The notes below the pieces were generated by a model. It had not been told where the DNA came from. It was given only the letters and a program-made list of their open reading frames with translations, and searched no databases. Made by a program: the position numbers and the translations under genes. 64,000 bases of DNA from a virus: positions 1-64,000 of IMG/VR virus record IMGVR_UViG_3300025929_000014. One strand, written 5' to 3'. Of the stretch, positions 1 through 8,599 are shown one piece after another; position 1 is the stretch's first letter, and each line of letters starts with the position of its first letter.

Positions 1-2509
1 TCAGCGCGGATTTCGGCAGACAGACCGCTACCTTCAGGTGCGTGTATTTCTCGACCTCGCCCTTCCAGTTGAAGATGGTCGCCGACGGCACAATGGCCAT
101 CGCCTTCTTGGCGGTGCCCATCTGGCGCCGACGGCAGAAGGACGCCAGGGAGGTGGCCGTCTTGCCCAGTCCCATGTCCAGGGCCAGCATATTACGATCC
201 CTGGCGGCGCTGAGCGAGGCGCCATATTTCTGGAAGGCGAAGAGTTCCCGGCCGCCTTCAGCAACCGTCTTAAAGTCTGGTGGATGCTCCCAGGCTGGGG
301 GCGGCGCGTTATTGCGCGCGAACTCGTGGGCAGCCGCGCGAATGACATGCGGATGGATATTGTGCTTGGGGAAGTGCTCCATGGCCGTCGAAAGCTGGCC
401 TGGATTGAAGCTGATGGTGCCGCCCTGCTTCTTATAGCCCGGTAACGTTTTGAGCTTATCCAGCGTGGGGTTGCCAGTCTTCTTGCCCTGGTCGTTATAT
501 TTATCGTCACGTTCCACGCCGCCATACTGATGGAACGTAGCCTTGCCGTCCTGATGATCGATGCGATCATAGGGCTTGCGCATCTCGAAACGATTTGCGT
601 CATACTCCATGCTATGCGGGCTGTGGGCGTAGCGCTCGGCACGGTCGGCGAGCCGCTCCAGCTTGGTAGCCGAGTCGTTATGACCCTGCGCCTGCTTGCG
701 CAGCTTCTTCTGCTCGTCATAGTTGCTGAGGTTGCGCGCGATGTCGTTGATGTCGGTGGCGATTTTACGCTGCCGAGCGGCGCGCTTGCCCAACTCTTCG
801 CTGTACTGCGTCAGCGCAGATTGATCGGAGATATGCGATTCACCGGCTGGCCGCATGGCGGCGACGGCCGCCTCCGACCAGGGGATCGCCAGATCCTCCT
901 GCCCATCCAGCTCCTGCGCCTTGTTGAAGAGCGCGCCGGCCGGTGTGTCGATGGGCGTGCAGGCTTCGGGGGGCAGCTCGGCGTCGGGCGGCATGACATT
1001 GGTCGCAGCCATCGCGTCTTGCGGGGAGGTGCCATCTGGCGGCATTTCCCCTGGATGCCCAGCACCCTGCGGCTGTTCTGGTGCTTCCGCATCACCGTAA
1101 TTGTCGCCGCTGCCGGCCATGCGCTCGTCGCCGACGATCTCGCTGCCATCCATCAAGGTGCGTGGATTGACGGAGAAGCCGGGCAGTTTACCGATGGCGT
1201 TATGCAGCTGCGTCATCGGCAGCCGCCAGGTATCATCGCCGTTCGGATTGTATTTCTTGCCGTTGAACTTATTGCCCGGCAGCTCTTTGACGGCATCCTT
1301 GATGCTGTTGAACTCCGGGTCGCCGTAGGGGCGTTTCCAGGCTGCGCCGAACATGCCGGGATCGCCGACCGGGTAGAGGCGGTCGCCGGTCTGCTCGCGG
1401 TGCGCCAGGATATGCTGATCGAGGTTCTCCGGGTGGCGCGCGATATCCTCCAGCGTGTCGGCGTGGCGATTGAAGGCGTCTGCCTCTTCGGGAGAGCTGG
1501 CCATACGGGCGCGCTCGCGCAGCACATTGGCGTGCTGCAGATGGCCCTCGTGCGCCGGCTCCAGGGGTGGAGCGGGCGGCGTCAGGATGCTCTGCGGCTC
1601 TTCCGTTTCAGGAGCCGGTGTTTCGGGCGATTCCTCTGTGGAATCAGGTGCCATGTCGTCAGCAGGCCCCGCAGTGTTCGGCAGTCGCGAGTCTGCGGAC
1701 CCCTCACTATTGTCAATAGGAGGATTTTCGGGGGGACTGCCACCTCCCGGCGCTGCTGACGGTGGCGTTTCGGGCGCCGCACCAGCAGGCCCCTCAGCCG
1801 GAGCTGAGGCCCCAGAGTCCAACGCATCTGGATTTTCTGGCGCTGCTGATGGAGGCGGTTCTTGGGCGGGCGCGGGCTGCGCTGCAGGTTCTGGCGCCGT
1901 TGGCGGCGTTATCCCTGTGGCTGGCGGCGCTCCTGTATCGGCCGGTTCCGGCTGGGGAGAAGGGGACACAGCCGGTTCCGGTGGGGGAGCAGGGGTTGCT
2001 GGGGTCTGCCCTGTCGTCTGCGGCATTGGGGGCGCAGGCTCTGGCGACGCTCCAGCTGGTTCGGGTGCTGCTTGGTGCTCGTTATTGAGCTTATCCATCA
2101 CCGGCTGCGGCAGGCCGGCTTCGATTTTCTTGGTGTTTTCGTCGATCAGCACATGGCGCCCTTCGCCCTCGCCGGCATTATTCGGGTGGATGGTGATCCA
2201 CTGCATGCCGGGCGGCGTCGAACTGGAAGCGGCCGTGTGCTTGGCGTCGTAGGCGCTCTCCTGCTCGGTGTGGCGGGCCTGCATATGGGCCAGATTGCCA
2301 AAAAGGCCGATGGGGCGGCTGGCGATCTTCGCCAGATCCGGCTCCTCGTCCAGGAACGGCACCGGCTCGCCGAACACCGCCTGGCGCTGATAGGCTGCCT
2401 TGAGGAGCGCTGGATATTCGGGGCTGTCGGCAGACACGACGGTCGTCGAGCGAATGAGACTGCCATCGACGGTCGGGTAGCGGCGCGTAATGATCAGGGC
2501 TTTAGGCAC
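1..2509 (-). CDS. Large virion-module polyvalent protein (partial, runs off left edge): N-terminal WITIHP motif, Pro-rich linker, two HARP-like repeats, SNF2 helicase
   Basis: Not in the ORF track because it has no stop in the window. GTG at 2509 overlaps the portal stop and is open for 836 codons. Translates to ...WITIHPNNAGEGEGRHVLIDEN..., ...IKDAVKELPGNKFNGKKYNPNGDDTWRLP... and ...NMLALDMGLGKT...AIVPSATIFNWKGEVEK (SNF2 motifs I and Ia). Confidence 0.85.
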   Translation of the reverse strand, partial: MPKALIITRRYPTVDGSLIRSTTVVSADSPEYPALLKAAYQRQAVFGEPVPFLDEEPDLAKIASRPIGLFGNLAHMQARHTEQESAYDAKHTAASSSTPPGMQWITIHPNNAGEGEGRHVLIDENTKKIEAGLPQPVMDKLNNEHQAAPEPAGASPEPAPPMPQTTGQTPATPAPPPEPAVSPSPQPEPADTGAPPATGITPPTAPEPAAQPAPAQEPPPSAAPENPDALDSGASAPAEGPAGAAPETPPSAAPGGGSPPENPPIDNSEGSADSRLPNTAGPADDMAPDSTEESPETPAPETEEPQSILTPPAPPLEPAHEGHLQHANVLRERARMASSPEEADAFNRHADTLEDIARHPENLDQHILAHREQTGDRLYPVGDPGMFGAAWKRPYGDPEFNSIKDAVKELPGNKFNGKKYNPNGDDTWRLPMTQLHNAIGKLPGFSVNPRTLMDGSEIVGDERMAGSGDNYGDAEAPEQPQGAGHPGEMPPDGTSPQDAMAATNVMPPDAELPPEACTPIDTPAGALFNKAQELDGQEDLAIPWSEAAVAAMRPAGESHISDQSALTQYSEELGKRAARQRKIATDINDIARNLSNYDEQKKLRKQAQGHNDSATKLERLADRAERYAHSPHSMEYDANRFEMRKPYDRIDHQDGKATFHQYGGVERDDKYNDQGKKTGNPTLDKLKTLPGYKKQGGTISFNPGQLSTAMEHFPKHNIHPHVIRAAAHEFARNNAPPPAWEHPPDFKTVAEGGRELFAFQKYGASLSAARDRNMLALDMGLGKTATSLASFCRRRQMGTAKKAMAIVPSATIFNWKGEVEKYTHLKVAVCLPKSAL

Positions 2510-5213
2510 AGAGACGCTCCAGCTCTTGATCGAGCGAACGGAAATAAGCAAGCACGTCGGACGGCATGCGCGTGGGGTCGGCCGCGTAGTGCTTGAGGGC
2601 ATCGCCGAAGAAGGCTTCGGGGTCGGTCTCGGCACCGCAATACTTGATGGAGAGATCGCACCAGGCCGGGCGATAGGCGAGCGAATCCAGCTCCAGACAG
2701 AGCGCCTGACCCGCCAGGGCGATCACATCGTCGGGATCGGCGTCGGCATAGACGCGGATGGATTTCTCCGCCCAGGAGAGCGTGCCGGAGACGTGCTCGG
2801 TGCCGCGCAGGGCGATGGCGGGATCCACCTCCACCTTGTAGCCACGCTTGGCGAGGAAGCGATCAATGGTGCTGGGCATGGCGACTTTCTTGCTGCTGTT
2901 GGGCTTCTTGGGTGCCAGTTTGGCCATCTCTTTGGCCCGCTCATGCTGCAGGGCGCCCTGTTCGAGCTGGTGGCCATGTTGCTGATCGGCCTGGCGGCTG
3001 CCGTAGACGAACTGGCGGCCCTGCTCTTCCATCCGGTGGCCGTGCTGGGTGGCCAGCTGCGTTTGCTGGTTGGCACCTTGCAAGCCGGCCTGATGACTGG
3101 CTGATTGCAGTGCGTAGCCCTGCTGGGTAGCTGCCTGCTGGCCCTGTAAACCGGCTTGATGGCTGGCCGACTGGAGCGCGTAGCCTTGCTGGGTGGCGGC
3201 TTGTTGCCCCTGGAGCCCGGCGCCGTGTTCGGCTTGGTCGAGGGTCTGCTCGTGCTTTTGATCGGCTGCCTGGCCGGCGAGTCCAGCTTGATGCGTGGCC
3301 TGGTCGAGCGAGTAGCCATGCTGCTGGGCCAGCTGGTCGGCCTGTTGTGCCGTCTGCAGGCCCGATTGATGCGCCTGTTGGGCCAGCGTCAGCGCGTGCT
3401 GCTGATCCTGCTGGTCGCCGGCGATCCCGGCCTGTTGATCGGTCTGATCGGACTGCAGGTCGGCGCCGTGCTCGGCTTGATCGATAGCCAGGCCATGCTG
3501 ATGGGTGGCCTCGTCGATGCCCAGCTCGTGCTGGTGGCTGGCCTGCTCCAGCGACATCTGATGGCGGAAAGCAGCATCGCGAATCATCAGATGGTGGGCA
3601 TGTTCCGCTATCTGCTCCTGGCTCTCAACGTGGGCCTGTTGCTTCTCGTGCTCCAGGTCCACCTGCTGATCCTGCGAGTCGGCTTCCACCTGGGCCTGGT
3701 GCTCGGTCTGCTGTTGCTGCAAGCCGGCCTTATGGGTCTCCATATCCTTTTCGAGACCATGTTCATGCTCGGCTTTGCCTTGCTCGGCCTGTGCGTTATA
3801 GGCCTGCCAGCCCATCTTGTCGATGGCCGCCAGGTCTTTCACGCCGAAGAGGCTGCCGCCCATCTGCAGGAAGTAGCCGGTGCCGCCCGGATCCAGGCCC
3901 AGTTCCAGCAGCATATCGTCGTGCGAAATCTGCGCGCTGAGGAACTTGTCCTTGAGCATCGACGCCTTGGTAGCGGCGTCTTCTTCTGAAAGGTCCGGCC
4001 AGATCCAGCGGAACTCGCCGAGCCCAAACTCTTTGAGGAGCGGCGTGAAGAGTACATCGGCCAGCCAGTTGGCGAGCGGTAGCAGCGAGCGCCGAAAATG
4101 GACGCCCTCCTGCGCTTGCGCGTGGCCGGAGCCGCCCAGCCCTTCGGTGTTGCTGGGTGCCAGGCCCAGCTCCTGCCGGGTGATATCGAGGCAGACGCAG
4201 GTCAGGTCGATGATCCAGTTGGCGATTTCAGAGCCAAACTGAAGGTACGCCTCGCCACCATTCTGGATAATGGTCTCCACGCCGTGCGGCATCATCTCCA
4301 TCACGCGGGCGTAGCGCGGATCGCCGGCCCGGATCTGGTCGCGCAGCGTCATCAAATCGTTGATCTGATCAATGCTGTAGTTTTCGGGAGCGGAGAGCAA
4401 CGCCTGCGGGATGTTGCCGTCGGTGAAGATGGCGGTCACCCAGGAGCGATGCCGCAGCGCCAGGTTAATGAGCGTGAGGAACTGTTCGATAGGCGAGAAG
4501 CCGTAGGGGGTCCAGACGCGCCTGGTCTTGGGCAGATAGAGCAGCTCGTCGCGCGTGAACTCGTAGCGGTTGACGCCGATGATCACCTGCTCGTAGGCGA
4601 TGGCGGGCGGCTCCGGGCGCCTGCCTTGCAGGTTAATCAGGGGACGCACCAGGCTGCCATCTATCTGCATCAGGGAGTGCAGCTTGCCGTTTTTGGTGGG
4701 CCGCTTATAGATGGAGAGCGCGTCGATCACCAGCACATCTTCGATACACTGGCGCATCCAGGTCTGGTAGTCAAGATCCTTATCGGGGGACTCCCAGAAC
4801 TCGCGCAGCTTATCGATCTTGGGACGCGCCTTCTTCATCATCGCGCGCTGTTCGGCCGTCGTGCCGGTCTTAGGCCGCACATCCCAGGAGAGGCTGCAGA
4901 TCTCGTCCTTGCGGATCTCGATGGCTTTGCGTGCCAGATAGTCCAGGTCGGCCATGGTGCGTAGGGTGGCGAAATTGACGCCCCGATCCGTATCGGGATT
5001 CGCCTGCAGGTTCCAGCCGACGCGGAAGAACTGGGAACGCGGCAGCCCAGAGGCGTCGAGGGGTTGCGCCTCTGGGGGGATGCCGGGTCCGAACTGTGAA
5101 CTGATGTCGCCGCCGCCAGCAACTCGGTTAATGAGTTCCTGCTGGAGCGGGTTGACCACCGTGCCCTTCGGCAGGCCGGTGAGCCGTTTTATGAGATCGG
5201 GGAGAAGAGCCAC
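2502..5213 (-). CDS. Portal protein with long H/Q-rich coiled-coil extension and C-terminal metallopeptidase-like domain
   Basis: N-terminal ~450 aa has portal-type motifs (FTRDELLY, PYGFSPIEQ, FTDGNIP) and lies just downstream of terL. GTG start with upstream AAGG/AGG. Confidence 0.85.
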   Translation of the reverse strand: MALLPDLIKRLTGLPKGTVVNPLQQELINRVAGGGDISSQFGPGIPPEAQPLDASGLPRSQFFRVGWNLQANPDTDRGVNFATLRTMADLDYLARKAIEIRKDEICSLSWDVRPKTGTTAEQRAMMKKARPKIDKLREFWESPDKDLDYQTWMRQCIEDVLVIDALSIYKRPTKNGKLHSLMQIDGSLVRPLINLQGRRPEPPAIAYEQVIIGVNRYEFTRDELLYLPKTRRVWTPYGFSPIEQFLTLINLALRHRSWVTAIFTDGNIPQALLSAPENYSIDQINDLMTLRDQIRAGDPRYARVMEMMPHGVETIIQNGGEAYLQFGSEIANWIIDLTCVCLDITRQELGLAPSNTEGLGGSGHAQAQEGVHFRRSLLPLANWLADVLFTPLLKEFGLGEFRWIWPDLSEEDAATKASMLKDKFLSAQISHDDMLLELGLDPGGTGYFLQMGGSLFGVKDLAAIDKMGWQAYNAQAEQGKAEHEHGLEKDMETHKAGLQQQQTEHQAQVEADSQDQQVDLEHEKQQAHVESQEQIAEHAHHLMIRDAAFRHQMSLEQASHQHELGIDEATHQHGLAIDQAEHGADLQSDQTDQQAGIAGDQQDQQHALTLAQQAHQSGLQTAQQADQLAQQHGYSLDQATHQAGLAGQAADQKHEQTLDQAEHGAGLQGQQAATQQGYALQSASHQAGLQGQQAATQQGYALQSASHQAGLQGANQQTQLATQHGHRMEEQGRQFVYGSRQADQQHGHQLEQGALQHERAKEMAKLAPKKPNSSKKVAMPSTIDRFLAKRGYKVEVDPAIALRGTEHVSGTLSWAEKSIRVYADADPDDVIALAGQALCLELDSLAYRPAWCDLSIKYCGAETDPEAFFGDALKHYAADPTRMPSDVLAYFRSLDQELERLCA
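3087..3218 (-). repeat. Two tandem 66-bp units encoding the identical 22-aa peptide GLQGQQAATQQGYALQSASHQA
   Basis: Read directly from the sequence. 14 of 22 codons differ, all synonymously. Confidence 0.95.
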
Positions 5214-5282
5214 CTACCGCCTTGCGGGGACGAATGTTGCAGGGGATAAACTATGCCTCTTCTCAGTATACAGCCTGGCGCG

Positions 5283-5807
5283 TCAGCCGGTCAGCTGAGA
5301 GGCCAGGGCGCATTCCACGCAGATGCCATGCAGCAGCAGCCGCTCCACGTCACAAGCAGCACAGGGGGCTACCGTGATCGACGCCGAGCCATCGACGGAG
5401 ATCGTCGCCGGTTGATGATCATAGAGTAACCGCAACGGCATCAGCGCGCCTTCGGGCAACCCGGAGAAGACGCGCTCCAGATACCGGGCAGGCATCCCCA
5501 GGATGGAGGAGACGAGCTGCACGAAATCGGCGGGGCGAATAAGGGCCACCACCTGATCCATGGTAATCATGGTCTGCTCGGTGCCGGTGAAGAGATCGTC
5601 TACCGGCAGGGTATAGAGCGGCAGGCTGTTGGCCGGCAGCTGCCCGGTGCAGGCCCAGCATGCCTGTTCCACCCGTTCCTGCCACAAATAAGCGCCCTGC
5701 TGGCAGCTCGCACAGATGCAGCGCCCAATGATCCGTTCACAGCTACAGATGATAATGCCGTGCCGCGCGACCTCCACGTCAGCGCAATCCATAGTCGTCT
5801 CGTTCAT
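5283..5807 (-). CDS. Cys-rich hypothetical protein between terL and portal
   Basis: ATGA overlap with the terL stop gives start MNETTMDC. Several CxC/CxxC motifs. Confidence 0.65.
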   Translation of the reverse strand: MNETTMDCADVEVARHGIIICSCERIIGRCICASCQQGAYLWQERVEQACWACTGQLPANSLPLYTLPVDDLFTGTEQTMITMDQVVALIRPADFVQLVSSILGMPARYLERVFSGLPEGALMPLRLLYDHQPATISVDGSASITVAPCAACDVERLLLHGICVECALASQLTG

Positions 5808-7099
5808 GCTATTTTTCCCTCTTGCGCGGCTCTGAGCAGCTCGTTGTCGAGCTTCTCCTGCTGCATCTGCGCCACGCGCATGCGCAGATACTCCACGTAG
5901 CCATCTTCTTTCCCACAGGCTTCCACTGTGAGAGCCAGGGCCATGACACAATCATCAAACATGCCGTCCGGCGCCCCGTAGCGGATGAGGCCGCTAGGGA
6001 GACGTGTGGAGTCATAGGCTAGCAATTCACCGAGCAATATGGGATCGTTCAGTATGGCGACGGCCTCCCGCTCAAAAAGCAACGCGAGATTATCAATAAT
6101 GCGCATCTTGCTGGCGTTGGTGGTCTGAAACGGTGTGATGTAGAGCTTGTCGCGCCGCAACTCCTCGATAATCGGCACGCCAATGCTGTTCTCTTCTGCC
6201 ACGATGGCGGTAGGGCGATACCGCTCACAGAGGACTTTGAGCCTGTCTCGCTGCGTGTGATAGTCGAGCTGGTTGGACCGTTCCATATGGACCATTCGCA
6301 TGGCCCGGATATCCATCACGATCATCACGGTAAAGTCGCGCCGTCCCCAATCGACGCCAATGGCATAGCGGCTGCCATCCTGTGGCGCTTCGGGCAGCGC
6401 TACCGCGCAGGCTTTGACATTGCGAAAGACAGCCGTGCCATCCGCCAGGAAAGCGGCGAAGATTTCCTGCTGCGCTGCCCGTTCGGTGAGATCGAGCAGC
6501 ATCTTCTCGATCTCGGCGGGCGGCATATAGGGATTGGCATGCGTCGGGTAGGTGCGGCTCCACCATTCGGGCTTGAGTGCGTCCTGTCCATACTGATAAA
6601 GCGTATGAAAGTCGTTGAGTCCGTTGGGCGTGGAGTAGAAGTCCGCCGAGCCTTCGAGATCGATGAGTGTCGGCCGGATGACCTTCTCCCAGGTATCCCT
6701 GAGCTTGGACACATGGGCGGCCTCGTCTACCCCAATATGCTTGTACTTGCGACCGCGCACCACGATATCGCCGTCGAGCGACCACATCTCGATGGACCCA
6801 CCCGACGAAAGATCGATGCGTTTGTCCTGTATCGAGACGCGCGTTGAGATCGGCCGGGCGCGCTCCTTGACATCCTTCCAAACCTCTGAGAGGAGCTTGT
6901 AGTTGGGTGCGAACCAGGCGACGGGATAGCCCTGAATCGCCGGCATCAAGAGACGATAGATGCCGAACATGGATTTGCCGAAGCGGCGGCCACAGTTGAG
7001 GACGTTGAACCGTTGACATTGCGCGAGAATGTCCTTCTGTGCCGGGTGAAGGGCGGGCACCCTACAAATAATCTCAGCCATTGGCCGATGGCTTCCCAT
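5804..7099 (-). CDS. terL: Terminase large subunit
   Basis: Walker A CGRRFGKS, Walker B IGVDEAAH, RNase H-like nuclease motifs IGVDWG and FDDCVMALA. The start may be ATG 7081. Confidence 0.95.
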   Translation of the reverse strand: MGSHRPMAEIICRVPALHPAQKDILAQCQRFNVLNCGRRFGKSMFGIYRLLMPAIQGYPVAWFAPNYKLLSEVWKDVKERARPISTRVSIQDKRIDLSSGGSIEMWSLDGDIVVRGRKYKHIGVDEAAHVSKLRDTWEKVIRPTLIDLEGSADFYSTPNGLNDFHTLYQYGQDALKPEWWSRTYPTHANPYMPPAEIEKMLLDLTERAAQQEIFAAFLADGTAVFRNVKACAVALPEAPQDGSRYAIGVDWGRRDFTVMIVMDIRAMRMVHMERSNQLDYHTQRDRLKVLCERYRPTAIVAEENSIGVPIIEELRRDKLYITPFQTTNASKMRIIDNLALLFEREAVAILNDPILLGELLAYDSTRLPSGLIRYGAPDGMFDDCVMALALTVEACGKEDGYVEYLRMRVAQMQQEKLDNELLRAAQEGKIA

Positions 7100-7285
7100 A
7101 GGTATAACAGACGGTGGGATTACAGTCCAATGACCCGTTTAGGGGATTGAATGCCTGAAATACCCGGCTCTCATCCAGGAGCGGCATTTTCGTGATCCTT
7201 CGTGCGTACGAAGATCTGAGATCTATATGGAGATCTATTATCCATAGAAAGATCTTTCGTCCATCGGCGCGGGAGTGCTGAAATG

Positions 7286-7556
7286 GGGGAAATTGTGGGG
7301 AAATTGCGGGGAAAAAATGCTAGCGGGGAGATGACGCTGGGTGAGTTATGGGTCTGTAGGTAGCAGGGTGACAACATTCCACCAGAGGAAGTTGACCATA
7401 ACGCATGCGCGCCAGAGGAGGCAAAAGGGGTGCGCCCCAACTTTTAATCAAGGTGTCCTGGGTTCGAGTCCCAGTGCCCTCACCAGAGTAAATCGGGCGG
7501 GAGAGCAGGGCTCAGGAAGAGGATTTCAGGGGAAATTGCGGGGAAATTGCGGGGAA
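7286..7556 (+). mobile_element. attP: core = 3' half of tRNA-Lys(UUU) at ~7440-7485, flanked by 11-bp-period GGGGAAATTG(C/T) arm repeats (7286-7314, 7529-7556)
   Basis: CTTTTAA anticodon loop, then TCAAGGTGTC, T-arm CTGGG-TTCGAGT-CCCAG, and TGCCCTC-A-CCA. No 5' half is present. The same repeats occur on both sides, and the integrase is about 1 kb away. Confidence 0.88.
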
Positions 7557-7558
7557 TC

Positions 7559-8044
7559 TCACGTAGTTTTCTGCTCGATGGTCCACATGAGATCGGGACG
7601 AGCAGGCAGCATCGGTCGTGGCGCCTGCTTTACAACGAAGCGGTTCGCCAAGTCCTGCGCCTTAGCACGCACCCTTGCTAGCTCGGCCGTCAGCCTGTCT
7701 ATCTCGTGGCCGTCTTCCGTCCAGGCTTTACCGAGATCCTGATAGTCGTCCATCAGCTCTTTGGTCTGGGCGCGTGCTGTATCCCGGTCATGCTCGGCCT
7801 CATAGAGGGCTGCCAGGAGGGTGAGCACGTCTTCGCGGGCATGCAGCACAAACGCCAGATCCTCTTCGCGCTCGAAGGTGCCGGGCGTGCCGCCACAGTT
7901 GCGGCAACTATTATCCATGATGGTCTCGCCTGAACCATCGACGATGGAGAGAGGACCACAGTACCCAGAATACTCCGTATCCCAGATGCCAAAACTGGCA
8001 GCCTCAGCGCGTGCGTGTATCTCTGCTCTCTGTGCTTCGGTCAT
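7559..8044 (-). CDS. Ead/Ea22-like phage protein
   Basis: IHARAEAASFGIW...DLAFVLHAREDVLTLL pattern followed by a coiled coil. Confidence 0.55.
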   Translation of the reverse strand: MTEAQRAEIHARAEAASFGIWDTEYSGYCGPLSIVDGSGETIMDNSCRNCGGTPGTFEREEDLAFVLHAREDVLTLLAALYEAEHDRDTARAQTKELMDDYQDLGKAWTEDGHEIDRLTAELARVRAKAQDLANRFVVKQAPRPMLPARPDLMWTIEQKTT

Positions 8045-8328
8045 TAGCGCACACCATAGGCTACCAGGGCATAGATAAACTCCTCAGCCCAATCCAGCGC
8101 ATCGCGCCGGCAGTTGCACGGCCCCGCTTTCACCAGGACGTTTAACGGTTCGATCTCACGATCTGTATCCTTCGGCTTGCGCCAGGCCAGCACGTACGGC
8201 TTCCATTGGCCGGTCTCAGGATCCTGGACCGCATCCGGTGTAAGCGGTGGGCAGATCTGCGAAGCAATCGCCTCAAGCTGTGGGCCGAATATGCCTAACC
8301 GGCGATAATAATGGTCTTGATAGGTCAT
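8044..8328 (-). CDS. Hypothetical protein
   Basis: Coupled ORF with an SD. Confidence 0.6.
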   Translation of the reverse strand: MTYQDHYYRRLGIFGPQLEAIASQICPPLTPDAVQDPETGQWKPYVLAWRKPKDTDREIEPLNVLVKAGPCNCRRDALDWAEEFIYALVAYGVR

Positions 8329-8330
8329 AC

Positions 8331-8597
8331 CTACTCCATGTTCGACAGGTACTCGATAAAGGATCGACCGTCTTCAAGAGCGTCTGCCTCACTCGCACAC
8401 TCGTTATTGTTATGGACGATCACCGGACCACCAAGAGAACCATCTTCATTGGTGAAATGAGCCGTCACAAATCCTATCCAGGTGGTTCCTGAAGCGCCGA
8501 TGATAGCCAGTGGAGTGTAGGGACCATGATACTCAGTGCGGATAATCATCAACTGCTCGCGCGTTTGTCCCCACCGGGCATACTCCTCATCCATCAT
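8331..8597 (-). CDS. Hypothetical protein
   Basis: GGAGG SD, tightly packed after int. Confidence 0.6.
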   Translation of the reverse strand: MMDEEYARWGQTREQLMIIRTEYHGPYTPLAIIGASGTTWIGFVTAHFTNEDGSLGGPVIVHNNNECASEADALEDGRSFIEYLSNME

Positions 8598-8599
8598 GT

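Noticed and set aside
530-4964. Long plus-strand ORFs (530-1759, 2490-3104, 3156-3989, 4098-4964) and similar antisense ORFs elsewhere
   Set aside because: Shadow frames of GC-rich genes on the opposite strand. No motifs or SDs.
5232-5241. Isolated GAATGTTG copies (5232, 7372, 51672, 59569) as operators
   Set aside because: No matching -10 at 17-18 nt, and a couple of such 8-mers are expected by chance in 64 kb. Not supportable without binding data.
7410-7485. Complete phage tRNA-Lys gene
   Set aside because: No 5' acceptor strand or D-arm complementary to TGCCCTC upstream. Only the 3' half is present, so it was called an att core.
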